DNA from: Poseidonia sp.
GTDB taxonomy: Archaea > Thermoplasmatota > Poseidoniia > Poseidoniales > Poseidoniaceae
Assembly (NCBI GenBank): GCA_965661285.1
Contig: CBFIDD010000002.1
Coordinates: forward strand, 320,001-384,000
Direction of reading: 5' to 3'
Length of the DNA: 64,000 nt
How positions within the stretch are numbered: the stretch's first letter is position 1; each line of letters starts with the position of its first letter. The notes beneath the pieces are model-generated. The model had not been told where the DNA came from, made no database searches, and saw only the letters and a program-made list of their open reading frames with translations. A program made the position numbers and the translations under genes. This document shows, piece by piece, positions 8,323 through 18,042 of the stretch.

Positions 8323-11133
8323 TCAAGCTTCTGCGGTCTCGCCAACGGTCGTTTCGGCACCGAGTTGGGCCTTCTGCTCGTTGACTTGGCGAGCGAGGAA
8401 GGACACGACGTCGAGGATCTCGATGTCAGCATAGGCTTCGTCGCCCTCGAACTTGAGGCACTCAAAGTGAGAAACACACTTTGGGCAGGAGGTCAACATG
8501 GTCTCAGCACCGGTTGCACGGACTTCTTCCATGCGTGTGACACGCAGGGAGCGGGCGTTCTCGTTGCAGGACATCATGCTCGAAACACCGCAGCACATGG
8601 CGTCTTCACCGCTGTGCTCCATCTCAACAATCTCAACACCATCAACAGCGTTGATGAGGTCGCGAGGCTCGTCGTAAATGCCCATCTGTCGACCGAGGCG
8701 GCACGGGTCGTGGTAGGTGACGGTGGTGTCTTCGGTCTTGAGGTTCATGTCAAAGCCTTGCTCGGTCAGGTATTCCGTGGTGTGCATGACCTTCACGTTT
8801 TCAAGTTCGTAATCACGGGCAAAGGTTCGGAAACACTCAGCACAGGACGAGACCAAGGTGTCAATGCCAGATTCGTTGATCTTGCGCTGGTTGTACGCCT
8901 TGAGCTTCTCAAAGACTTCATCCAGACCTTGCCACTTTTGGTCGTGGCCGCAGCACTTCAGGAAGTCACGGCCGAGGTAGGCCACGTCGGTGCCCATCTC
9001 CTCAAACAGGGTGAAGGCAGCCGTGGTTGTATCACCAAGGTTCATCGTGCCTTCGTTGACGTGGGAGAAGACCATCTCCTGGTCAAGGTAGTCAACGCAT
9101 CCAGGGTAGTATCCGACGTTGGAGGTGATGGGGTAGTCTTCGGTGGCGATGAAATCGTCATCGGCCGCTTCCTCAGCCTCAGCGTTGAGCACCGCTTGAA
9201 GGACGGTGTGCGGAATTTCTGCCTGCGGGCCGCCAACGATAAGCGAACGACGGATGTCAACGTAGGAGTCATAGTTGACGAGTTGAGGACAGGCGTTGGT
9301 GCATGCGGTACAGGTCAAACAGGAATACAGCGGGACGCCGTCGTCTTCGTTGTTCCACGAATTGTAAATGATGTTCAGTTTGTCGCCACCGTTGAACAAG
9401 CGGACCGGACAGGCGTCGTCGCACAGGTCGCAGCCGTAGCACTTGTTCATCTCGAACTCGTAGCCACGAGCCATGTAGCGCAACAGCACGAAGACCAGCG
9501 CACCGAAGGTGATGCATGGAATGAACATGGCGTAGGTCAATTTTGCGTCAAGGGACTTGGGGTTTTGGTGGTAAGTAGGGTTCTCGATGTACGAGAACGC
9601 CGAACCGCCCAGGGCCATCTCTTCGCTGTTGGTAAGGTTGACCGTGTGGCCGGCCAATGCTGCAGGAGCGCTCTCATCCCACACGAGCAAGGGCTGGTAG
9701 GTTGCGATCCTCATCGAGGTTTGCGTCGTGATGCTGTTGTTGAGCGCCAGCGCCCCGCTGACCACGACATCGTAGGTGTAGTCGTAGGTGCCAACGGACA
9801 TTTCGACGGTTGCACCCTCGCAGTTGGCGAAGGAAACCACTTCGCTACCCGTGGCGTCGGTGACGGTCAGCATGGTAGCGACCATGGTTTGGGTTGACAC
9901 ATCGTTGATTTTCCGTTCGCTGGAGCGGAACTCACACGCAAGGTCGGTGGTCAAGGTGGTGACCTCTTCGGGGTGTCCCTCGGGGAAGAGCGTGGTGTCT
10001 TCAGTGATGGTAAACGAACCGCTCACGCTGAAGCCATCCCCACCGTTGAACGTGGTTCCAGCCGCCGCTGCGTTGATGCCGTTTTCGGCGTCTTGATGCC
10101 CGTTCGCATCGTTGAAATCCGTGATGATGTAGCGGGCTGGCTGGTAGATGTTCCAGTTCAACCATGCCGTGGTTGGAACCACGCCTGAGTCGGACCACCC
10201 GCGGTCGTCGGTGAATTCATTCACGTCGTGAACATGAACATCGGAAGGCTGCGTTCGCATGGCCTCCAATTCGCCATAGTCCTTGATGGTCAGCAAACCT
10301 TTCGCATCCCAAAACCCTTTGTCGTAGGTGTCGAAGGTGGCCACGGTAGCGGCGGACGAGAGGATAAGCGCGCCGACGATGAGTTGGCGACTCTTGGCGA
10401 CCGTGAACCCTGCACCCCAGGCGCGGATGAGCAATCCTCTGCCGATGAAATAAATACATATCCACATCAGGACGCCTGTCATCACCCACGGTATCGCATT
10501 GAAGACTTCGGCTATCCACGGCTCCCGAGTTCCACAGAGGAGGTCGCCGTGGGAATCGAGTTTACAGAAATCGGACCGATTTTTCCCGTACAATTCCAGG
10601 AAGATGTTGATGGAAAACACCGAGATGAACCAGATGTGCGCAAGATAGACGGCACCGGCAGCTGCGAACCAAGGGTCCTCAACGGGTCGCTTCTCACGGC
10701 CACCAAGGAAAGGTGGCAAAGCGAGAATGCCCACGGGGATGCCGGTCAGCGCAGCGCCCCACCATGCAGCGTTCCAAGGGAACATGGGCTGGCCGACGAT
10801 ATCGCCGACGAAACCGGTGGGGACCACAAACTGGGGCAAGTATTCGCCCCAGCGGAGATACCCGTAGGAGAACAACACGTACCAGTCGGGGAACACGAAA
10901 CCGGCCTGTGCATACGGGTCGGCTGCGCCGTGCAGTGGTGGAGGAATCAGCCAGGCATAGAAGAGGAGGATGGAGAGCATCGAGGCGAAAATGATGCTAT
11001 CACGCAGCACTTCGTGCGGCCAGAAACCGTGGCCGGTTCGGGTTCGCTTACGCTTTTCCTCTGCTTTTTGCAGTTGCTCTTTCTCCTCCATATACATGGA
11101 GGCGACGCGTCCAAAATTGTCAATCAGTCCCAT
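8323..11133 (-). CDS. Fusion protein: cytochrome b subunit IV (PetD-like), extracytoplasmic domain and HdrD/GlpC-like Fe-S module
   Basis: FWPHE and PDWY (PEWY-equivalent); CYGCDLCDDACP, CLTCTACTNACP; YYPGC..CCG..SSCAEC and YHDPC..CCG..TSCPKC. Confidence 0.85.
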   Translation of the reverse strand: MGLIDNFGRVASMYMEEKEQLQKAEEKRKRTRTGHGFWPHEVLRDSIIFASMLSILLFYAWLIPPPLHGAADPYAQAGFVFPDWYVLFSYGYLRWGEYLPQFVVPTGFVGDIVGQPMFPWNAAWWGAALTGIPVGILALPPFLGGREKRPVEDPWFAAAGAVYLAHIWFISVFSINIFLELYGKNRSDFCKLDSHGDLLCGTREPWIAEVFNAIPWVMTGVLMWICIYFIGRGLLIRAWGAGFTVAKSRQLIVGALILSSAATVATFDTYDKGFWDAKGLLTIKDYGELEAMRTQPSDVHVHDVNEFTDDRGWSDSGVVPTTAWLNWNIYQPARYIITDFNDANGHQDAENGINAAAAGTTFNGGDGFSVSGSFTITEDTTLFPEGHPEEVTTLTTDLACEFRSSERKINDVSTQTMVATMLTVTDATGSEVVSFANCEGATVEMSVGTYDYTYDVVVSGALALNNSITTQTSMRIATYQPLLVWDESAPAALAGHTVNLTNSEEMALGGSAFSYIENPTYHQNPKSLDAKLTYAMFIPCITFGALVFVLLRYMARGYEFEMNKCYGCDLCDDACPVRLFNGGDKLNIIYNSWNNEDDGVPLYSCLTCTACTNACPQLVNYDSYVDIRRSLIVGGPQAEIPHTVLQAVLNAEAEEAADDDFIATEDYPITSNVGYYPGCVDYLDQEMVFSHVNEGTMNLGDTTTAAFTLFEEMGTDVAYLGRDFLKCCGHDQKWQGLDEVFEKLKAYNQRKINESGIDTLVSSCAECFRTFARDYELENVKVMHTTEYLTEQGFDMNLKTEDTTVTYHDPCRLGRQMGIYDEPRDLINAVDGVEIVEMEHSGEDAMCCGVSSMMSCNENARSLRVTRMEEVRATGAETMLTSCPKCVSHFECLKFEGDEAYADIEILDVVSFLARQVNEQKAQLGAETTVGETAEA

Positions 11134-11148
11134 TTTTTCCCCTCTGTA

Positions 11149-12015
11149 TCAATGCGGCTCCGCAATGCCTTGTACCCAAACGATGAACAGATGTATGATG
11201 ATGAGCGTGGTGACGATCACCGGCAGAATGAACACGTGAATGAAATACATTCGAGTGACCGTCAGCGGTGTGAGTTCAGAGCCCGAGAAGAGCAGGGTGG
11301 CGATGTACTTCCCAACCAGCGGGCTGGAGTTGGCGAGGTTGATCCCGATGATGGCCGCACCGTAAGCAAGGCTGTCCCACGGCAAGAGATAGCCGGAGTA
11401 GCCGAAGACGATGGTCAAGGCCATGAGGGCCACACCGATGAGCCAGTTCAGTTCACGTGGGTTTCGGTAGGCACCGGTGAAGTAGACACGGCACATGTGC
11501 AAGAACACGCTGGCGACCATGAAGTGGGTCGTCCAGTGGTGGACGGCACGCAGAATGTAGCCAAAGGGCAGTTGCGTCATGATGTACTGCATGCTTGCAT
11601 AAGCGGGTGATGGGTCGCCTTCGCCTCCGGGGACGTAGTAAATTCCGAGGACGGTTCCCGTGATCACGAGGATGATGAAGGAGAGGAAGGAGATACCGCC
11701 GAGACAGTACAGCGGGTACCAGTACCAGATGATGCGGAGTTTGTATTTCTCAGCGTGTGTCAACGGCATTTGTCGGTGCATGTTGTAGTAGGCACCTTTG
11801 GACATGTTCCAGTAGTCTTGGAGACGGAAGCGGGTGTCAAGCCAGGAGAAGACCCACAGGAACGACCGTTCCGCCACGCCCATCTTGCCGGACGACTCGA
11901 CCGCTCGCAGGATGTCTCTGCGAGGCATTTCCTCGTTTTCCTTGCGCAGCGTGAAGGCCACCAAGAGCACGAGGAAGGCGATGAAGAACCACAGAATCCA
12001 GAACATTGTCGTCAT
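11149..12015 (-). CDS. petB: Cytochrome b6-like subunit
   Basis: YCLGG; heme-ligand histidines in RAVHHW/FLHMCR and FIH-x14-H; PRELNW; GYLLPWD; ends GIAEPH. Confidence 0.92.
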   Translation of the reverse strand: MTTMFWILWFFIAFLVLLVAFTLRKENEEMPRRDILRAVESSGKMGVAERSFLWVFSWLDTRFRLQDYWNMSKGAYYNMHRQMPLTHAEKYKLRIIWYWYPLYCLGGISFLSFIILVITGTVLGIYYVPGGEGDPSPAYASMQYIMTQLPFGYILRAVHHWTTHFMVASVFLHMCRVYFTGAYRNPRELNWLIGVALMALTIVFGYSGYLLPWDSLAYGAAIIGINLANSSPLVGKYIATLLFSGSELTPLTVTRMYFIHVFILPVIVTTLIIIHLFIVWVQGIAEPH

Positions 12016-12024
12016 GTCAACACC

Positions 12025-12870
12025 TCAATCACAATACGTGTACCAGTCCACGTAGTCAGGCAGGCCTTCGATGACGCCGCCGTTGAGCTGAATCGGAATG
12101 ATGGGAAGACCCACAGGGGCAGGACCGCCCGCTCGGCGAATACCAGCATAGTTGAAGGTGGCACCGTTCGAACGGTTACGATTGGTGTTCATCTCCAAGG
12201 CCGTTGGGTCAAAGCGAGAGGAGTGGCAGATGCAGAACATCTTGGTGCCACCGTCGTCGCCGCCACCGGGCGTCCACGAGTCTTCGGTGAAGGAATTCGA
12301 GACGAGTTGCCATCCGGGGATACAACACAGGTGTGTGCAGCGACCGAAGGCCATCACGAGGTCGTCTGAAGGCATTAAACGAGGGTCGGCTTCAGCGAGG
12401 TCTTCGAAGTGACCGACGTATTTGCCAGTCTCGTCGTAGCCTTCCATGAACTGGAACCGAGCCTTACCGTTGGATTCGGGCGTGCCGGCATACTTGGAGT
12501 GAGCGACATAGTTCACAACGACGGGCACGCCGTTCCATACGCCCGCTGCACCGGCCGTGCCGGTCGAGGAGGAGGCAGCCTCGGCTTCAAAGTCCGCTTT
12601 GGTCATGGGCTGCAGGTGTTTGGCGCCGTACCATGCTTCATCTTCGCGGCCCTTGGCCCAAAATTGGACGGCCAAGTCGCCACCGCTGCCTCCGCCAGGT
12701 GGCAGAAGAATAGCAGCAAATCCGAGCATGCCAAGCGAAGCGGTGAGCACGCCCGCTGCGGTGTTGAAACCGTAGCGAAGGAACTGGCGTCGATTGATGG
12801 TGGTGGTGGAACCGCCCAGAGCATCGTCGCCGCTGGAAGGTGCAGGTTTGAGTTCGTATTCACGTGCCAT
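12025..12870 (-). CDS. petC: Rieske [2Fe-2S] protein with Tat signal
   Basis: NRRQFLR twin-arginine plus TM helix; CTHLCC and CICHSSRFD boxes; GGPAP. Confidence 0.9.
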   Translation of the reverse strand: MAREYELKPAPSSGDDALGGSTTTINRRQFLRYGFNTAAGVLTASLGMLGFAAILLPPGGGSGGDLAVQFWAKGREDEAWYGAKHLQPMTKADFEAEAASSSTGTAGAAGVWNGVPVVVNYVAHSKYAGTPESNGKARFQFMEGYDETGKYVGHFEDLAEADPRLMPSDDLVMAFGRCTHLCCIPGWQLVSNSFTEDSWTPGGGDDGGTKMFCICHSSRFDPTALEMNTNRNRSNGATFNYAGIRRAGGPAPVGLPIIPIQLNGGVIEGLPDYVDWYTYCD

Positions 12871-12876
12871 GCTGCA

Positions 12877-13323
12877 TCACCACTTGTACTCCCGCCAGTC
12901 TTTCTGGTGTTCTGGAATGAATTTGTTTTGAGCGTGCTTGACGATGATGGTGTCGGGAAGGATGAACTTCAGGTAGATGATGCCGATCATGATGAGCGTG
13001 GTCATGGTCATGGCGAGGTGGAAGGAGAGTTGTTGTTGGTCCCATCCCTTTGCAAGCCCGTAAATCATGGAGAAACTCCAGTAGCAGATCCAAAACAGGC
13101 CCCAGCCGAGGAAGAACATCGTGAGGTAGGATGCGCCGGAAGGTGCAAGCGAAGCGCTCACAATGGTGCCCGGCTCAGCGATGTTGAACACACCGTGGTC
13201 GATGGCACTCGCCATCTCGTCTTCGGTCAATTCTGTACCCTCGAGCGCCTTGCGGGCGTCGTCAACGTTGATGCTGCCGTCAGCAACACCTCGAAGCAGG
13301 GTCGTGATTGTATCGTCCATCAT
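12877..13323 (-). CDS. Small membrane protein of the Rieske/cyt b operon
   Basis: Two TM helices; start overlaps the upstream stop; 6 bp from the Rieske gene. Confidence 0.75.
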   Translation of the reverse strand: MMDDTITTLLRGVADGSINVDDARKALEGTELTEDEMASAIDHGVFNIAEPGTIVSASLAPSGASYLTMFFLGWGLFWICYWSFSMIYGLAKGWDQQQLSFHLAMTMTTLIMIGIIYLKFILPDTIIVKHAQNKFIPEHQKDWREYKW

Positions 13324-14165
13324 TGATCACCTCGGCGCATGAGTTTGTATCGCAAGCGAAGCTGGTTGCTTCGTCCCTTGTACGATGTTGAAAAGCCGTA
13401 GCGAAGCAAAAGACCGGCGAAGATGACCACGCCAATGACCGCACCGAAGCCGAGAAGCCCCAGCCAGTGCGCACGGAGTTTCGCACCCATGTGATGCAGG
13501 TCAACGCCGTGGTGAGCAGGTTCGGGCGGGCTAACGTTTCCGTCGCCCGCAAACAAGGTACGAGTGCCCATGGCGGCAGAGGCTTCATCACCTTCGTTGA
13601 GCGCAAAGTTGAGTTGATTCCACCGGTCTTCGACACCGGGGATTTGGTCGCCGTTCACGGAGTTTCCAACGATCCAGAAGTTCACGGCGCCCGCACCGGA
13701 GTCAGCGGGTGCGGTCCAGTCAAAGACCCACGAGCGATCCTCGGTGGCAGCCGATGCCTCGGTGTGCGTCAGGGTTTGTTCGTCAAGCGTTCCGTCAATT
13801 TCCCAGTTTTGGGCAACGTCGCTGGCGAGGCTGCCGAGGGAGACACGCATGGAGAATCCTGCAGTGTAGGTGCCGGTGGCTGGAGGTCCGCCGATGAGTT
13901 GGAGATGGAGGGTGTAGGTTTCGCCGGGGACGTAGGCGAAGGGGACGTCGACGAGGATGACCTGGACCGCATTGTCGGCGACTTCGTTGTGGCAAAGACA
14001 ACCCGATTTTGCCACGTCGTCGATGTCGACCTGCCCCGTTGAGCCCTGGTGGGACTGAGGGCCACCGATGCCTCCGTGATAGGAGGAAGCGAGGGCGGGG
14101 AGGAGAAGCAAAACCCCAACGAGCGTAAGCAGCACGGTGCGGGACGTGAGAGAAGTTTTGTGCAT
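13320..14165 (-). CDS. Membrane-anchored Reeler-like (choice-of-anchor V) domain protein
   Basis: Signal peptide; GCLCH; YVPGETYTL; WVFDWTAP; GNSVNGD; C-terminal TM helix. Confidence 0.7.
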   Translation of the reverse strand: MHKTSLTSRTVLLTLVGVLLLLPALASSYHGGIGGPQSHQGSTGQVDIDDVAKSGCLCHNEVADNAVQVILVDVPFAYVPGETYTLHLQLIGGPPATGTYTAGFSMRVSLGSLASDVAQNWEIDGTLDEQTLTHTEASAATEDRSWVFDWTAPADSGAGAVNFWIVGNSVNGDQIPGVEDRWNQLNFALNEGDEASAAMGTRTLFAGDGNVSPPEPAHHGVDLHHMGAKLRAHWLGLLGFGAVIGVVIFAGLLLRYGFSTSYKGRSNQLRLRYKLMRRGDQ

Positions 14166-14354
14166 GGCCTCACCCTTACGACCTAACCGACCTGTAAGGA
14201 CTCCTTAAACATTGCCAGCAAAACATCACATTGAGTGCGGCGCAGTGTTGCGTTTTTTGAGATATTTTGGAGCCCCTATCTATCACCCTAAAAACCCACC
14301 GAATTTCGTGCAGAAGGGTTCATGATATCGCGCCGTCACGCCCATTTGAGCACC

Positions 14355-14654
14355 ATGGGGAAGTACACCTTCGAAAACACCTACGACCTCTCCGAACAAC
14401 AACTCCAAGAGCTGGACGAAGCAGAGGATTTGATGCTCAAAGGGGCGCTTGGGGCCGCTGAAAAAATGCTCCTCAGCATGCTCAAAGCCGACGAAGAATG
14501 CATACCTGTCCTCTCCAATCTGGGTCACCTGTATGGACGACACCTCTCCGAATTCAAAACCGCTGTGGAGTACTACGACCGAGTTCTCGCCATCGAACCG
14601 GACAACGCATGGGCGAGGGACGCAAGGCGACGGTACCTCCGCTACGTGGATTGA
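14355..14654 (+). CDS. Tetratricopeptide repeat protein
   Basis: VLSNLGHLY..AVEYYDRVLAIEPDNAWA. Confidence 0.8.
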   Translation: MGKYTFENTYDLSEQQLQELDEAEDLMLKGALGAAEKMLLSMLKADEECIPVLSNLGHLYGRHLSEFKTAVEYYDRVLAIEPDNAWARDARRRYLRYVD

Positions 14655-14698
14655 CGGCGACACCAAAGTTCATTGAGATGCCACGCACCGTGGCCCTC

Positions 14699-15613
14699 AT
14701 GGACCCCTCCACCATTCTGGTCGCTGGAGTGGGGGGCATCGGTTGTTCATGGGCGCAACAAGCCCACGCAAAATGCCACGGTGGAGCCCACCTGGTGCTC
14801 ATCGATGCCGACGATGCCAGTTTCAAAACCGGCGAGGACATTCATGTGCTACGCCTGGGCCACGCCCTTGACAGCGTGGGATGTGCTGCCCTCCCGCCCT
14901 TGGCAGAACAGCGTATGCGAGGGTTGAGCACCCTCACGAGCCAACTGCTGCAAAACACGGAACTCGTCATTCTTCTCACCGGCCTCGGTGGCGGCGTTGG
15001 GACCGGTGCCGCTCACGAATTCGCTCGCCAAGCCCGACAATCCGGTGCGGTGGTTTTGGCGGTGGCAGGCCTACCGTTTGAGCACCAGCCCACGAGGATG
15101 GAAATCGCTTCCGAGGGATTGGAACGCCTCGAAAACATGGCGCACGTAACCGTCCGCTTGTCCCTTGACAGGCTGGCTCGGCAAGCCCGAGAGAAAGGAC
15201 AGTTGTGGCAGATGGGGGCAGAGTGGATAGAGGACTTGGTTGAGGGTCTTGTGAGCACGTTGATGCGAATGGGGCTGATCAACCTCGACCTGATGGATCT
15301 GCGAGCCATTGTGAACCAGGTTGGCGAAGCGACAATGTTGGTTGGCGTGGGCCGACCTGATGACCCGAAAGGTATCCTCAAAGCAGCTCTCGGAGCGCCG
15401 TTGGCGGCCATGGACGTTGCCGGAGCCAAAGGGTGTCTGATTCAAGTGGAAGGGGGTCTGGGTATGACCATTGGTCAGGTGAGCGCCGTTGCCGACCTGT
15501 TCACCAGTGCGCTCGACGACGATGCGACCGTCATTTTCGGCGCTCGGGTGAGCGAACATCTGCACGACACCATCCGGGTGGTCACCTTGCTCTCCGGCAT
15601 TCGCCCGACTTAG
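14699..15613 (+). CDS. ftsZ: Divergent FtsZ/tubulin-family GTPase
   Basis: GVGGIG, GLGGGVGTG, LPFE, INLDLMDL, GAKGCLI, VIFGA; start set at ATG 14699. Confidence 0.8.
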   Translation: MDPSTILVAGVGGIGCSWAQQAHAKCHGGAHLVLIDADDASFKTGEDIHVLRLGHALDSVGCAALPPLAEQRMRGLSTLTSQLLQNTELVILLTGLGGGVGTGAAHEFARQARQSGAVVLAVAGLPFEHQPTRMEIASEGLERLENMAHVTVRLSLDRLARQAREKGQLWQMGAEWIEDLVEGLVSTLMRMGLINLDLMDLRAIVNQVGEATMLVGVGRPDDPKGILKAALGAPLAAMDVAGAKGCLIQVEGGLGMTIGQVSAVADLFTSALDDDATVIFGARVSEHLHDTIRVVTLLSGIRPT

Positions 15614-16998
15614 TCGACCACTTCGATATCATCGTCCCAAGCAACCTCGGTCGCAAGAACATCAGGTTCCTTCCAGTCCACATCTGTACCGATGTCTTCA
15701 GCGGCTACATCGGGCGCTGAAACAGGCTCGGAAGCGTCAGCATTCTCCTCGTTTTGCGAGCCGTCATCATCGGCGGGGGCGGAGACCACCGGAGGTTCTG
15801 GAGCGATGGTTGCTGCTTCAACAACCCGCTTAATGTGCTCTTGCGATTCGGTCTGACCCATCGTTTGGCGAAGGATGCGAGGTTGAATCCAGAAAAACGT
15901 CAACGCCACCACGAGGTGGCCAGCCATCATGACCGCTCGAACATCATCCAGAACAGTGGTTAACATGGCGACACTCCCTGCGTAAGCATAACCAAAAGCG
16001 AGCCCCATGGGCAAGGCGTTCTCGGTCCTGACGAGTTTCAGCGGTGAGCGGAACGAACGCGAGGTCAGACCCCAGATCGCCATCAGCACCGTGAAGGCCA
16101 TCAAGAGGAATTCCTCGAGAAAGAGAACGGCTGAACCCGGGGAAATAAATTGGTGCCGCCAAACGGTGAGCAGGTGCCACGTGATCATGAACTGGCTTAG
16201 GAGAAACCAGCGCCCAGCGAAGCGGTGGAAATCGGTGCGGGCCGAAGCTTCCAGCCGTGCACCATGAGAACGCCGCCAAGCGAGTGCAAAAACAACGGAA
16301 ACCATCACGAGGAAACCAATGTTTCGAAGCACAATCTCGCCCGGGGTGCTTGAGCTGTCCGCCATCATCTCGAACACATAGAGCAGAAGCGCAGTGAGCG
16401 AGAGAATGATGGCCAACGGCATCGCCATCGAACGGGTGGAGAGGCCTGGTTCACGAGCTGCTGATTCGGGGAGTTTCGATGCCGATACTGAACTGAGCCA
16501 GCGACCAAAGCCTCGACCTTGAACGATGGCCCAGAGGACAAAACAGGAAGACAGCACCCAAGGTATGAGCGAAGAGAGATCCGCAAGCGCTCCCTGCTCC
16601 CCCAGCAACAACACCAACAGCCCGAACATAACGGCGGAGAGGATCAGCGGAAAAATGCAAATGCGAAACGAGAACACCATGCGTTGGACCTTTGTTCGGT
16701 CCGACGAGGCGTCTTTGGGGAGTTGAATCCAACCCTGAACGGTTGGACGGTTTGCCAGCAATCCCGTCAAGAAATAACCGCTTGAGAGCGCCAAAAAACC
16801 GAACGCACTCATCGCCTCAAACGCATTGACGGCAGCGAGTTGCAGGAGCGATGAAAGAACGATGATGAGCACGATGTGGGGAAGCGTTGAGAAGCTCAAA
16901 AGAAGACGGAGCAAGGTCATCAGGGAAGCGTCTTCTTGTTGAAGATGCGCAAGGGTCGCTCCCCCTTCATGGGACACCGCCTCTCCATCGCCATCCAT
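15610..16998 (-). CDS. Multi-pass membrane protein with acidic tail
   Basis: About 10 hydrophobic segments; start uncertain (ORF extends to 17058). Confidence 0.75.
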   Translation of the reverse strand: MDGDGEAVSHEGGATLAHLQQEDASLMTLLRLLLSFSTLPHIVLIIVLSSLLQLAAVNAFEAMSAFGFLALSSGYFLTGLLANRPTVQGWIQLPKDASSDRTKVQRMVFSFRICIFPLILSAVMFGLLVLLLGEQGALADLSSLIPWVLSSCFVLWAIVQGRGFGRWLSSVSASKLPESAAREPGLSTRSMAMPLAIILSLTALLLYVFEMMADSSSTPGEIVLRNIGFLVMVSVVFALAWRRSHGARLEASARTDFHRFAGRWFLLSQFMITWHLLTVWRHQFISPGSAVLFLEEFLLMAFTVLMAIWGLTSRSFRSPLKLVRTENALPMGLAFGYAYAGSVAMLTTVLDDVRAVMMAGHLVVALTFFWIQPRILRQTMGQTESQEHIKRVVEAATIAPEPPVVSAPADDDGSQNEENADASEPVSAPDVAAEDIGTDVDWKEPDVLATEVAWDDDIEVVD

Positions 16999-17082
16999 GG
17001 TGTTTCCTGACGCCGACCCATATTGAGGGTATTCCTTCTCTACGAAGTCAAACATCATGAACAGGAGACCTCACCCCCCACC

Positions 17083-17469
17083 ATGGCCAAGCGGCTGACA
17101 AAGGCCCTGCGGGGGAAACGCCGATGGGTCGGGGTCGGCGTCCACCAGCGTTTTCAGGACCGCCCCTCAGTGGAGAAGGGCCTTGAAAAGGTCCAGAAGG
17201 CGATGGCATCCCAACCCAACCTCCGCCTGATGGACTTCAAAACCATCCAACAACGTGGTGCGTTGGCCGAGCAGCCCGAGTTGACCGACCTTCCGCAGCA
17301 AGACGGACTGGCCATTGTGCGTGTGCCGCACAACGCCATTCGGGACATACGGAAACTCCTCGAAGAAGAGGACGCCATGGACAAATGGGGATTTCAAAGT
17401 TTGACCACCAGCGGCAAGATTCGCTTGGTTCGCCAACGACTTGGTCTACCAAAACCAAAGCGGAAATAA
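17083..17469 (+). CDS. rnp2: RNase P protein subunit Pop5/Rpp14
   Basis: LRGKRRWV N-terminal motif, AIVRV, and TTSGKIRLVR C-terminal motif. Confidence 0.75.
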   Translation: MAKRLTKALRGKRRWVGVGVHQRFQDRPSVEKGLEKVQKAMASQPNLRLMDFKTIQQRGALAEQPELTDLPQQDGLAIVRVPHNAIRDIRKLLEEEDAMDKWGFQSLTTSGKIRLVRQRLGLPKPKRK

Positions 17470-17577
17470 GGCGATTTGACTCAATGAGTCCCGCTCAGGT
17501 CCATCGGTGAAAGCCGCAGAAGTCAAGAGCATCCACCCCGAGGGCAGGCCATGGGAGGAGGAGGTACGGCGCCCGCT

Positions 17578-18042
17578 ATGAAGATGAGCGATGTCTTCAT
17601 CCTGACCGGGCTTACCCTACTTCTTGGTGGCCTTTTCCTTCATGCTTGGGTCACCCCCATCGACCACAGCGGTGAAGACCCATCCTACACCAACGGCGCT
17701 TCCATGATGAAAGGCGATGAGTTCGCGTTCAGGGTGACGGTTGAAGCCGAAACCACCCTCCGCATTGTGGTGATGGACGATGAGAACACCATCCTTAGCG
17801 CCGAAAATTTCGTGCTTGCCGCCGGTGAAGAGCACAACGAACGAATCACCATGGAGACATCCGGCTACTACACGTACGAGATTGACACCAAAGGCGTCAA
17901 TGCAACCATTGAAACCGATATTGTGCGGAAGTACATGATCGACATGCTCCCCTTCCCCGTGGGTGCACTCCTCCTCGGCTTTGGATTGTATCAGCGCAAA
18001 GAAGTGGATGACGAGGTGCTGGACGCCGAGTTAGACGCCTGA
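17578..18042 (+). CDS. Hypothetical membrane protein (TM, beta-rich loop, TM)
   Basis: Host-like codon use, two TM segments; start could be 17551. Confidence 0.7.
   Translation: MKMSDVFILTGLTLLLGGLFLHAWVTPIDHSGEDPSYTNGASMMKGDEFAFRVTVEAETTLRIVVMDDENTILSAENFVLAAGEEHNERITMETSGYYTYEIDTKGVNATIETDIVRKYMIDMLPFPVGALLLGFGLYQRKEVDDEVLDAELDA

Noticed and set aside
8365-13326. Long + strand ORFs (510, 460 and 305 aa) and similar antisense ORFs elsewhere
   Set aside because: Shadow frames opposite well-supported genes, expected from GC-rich codon bias
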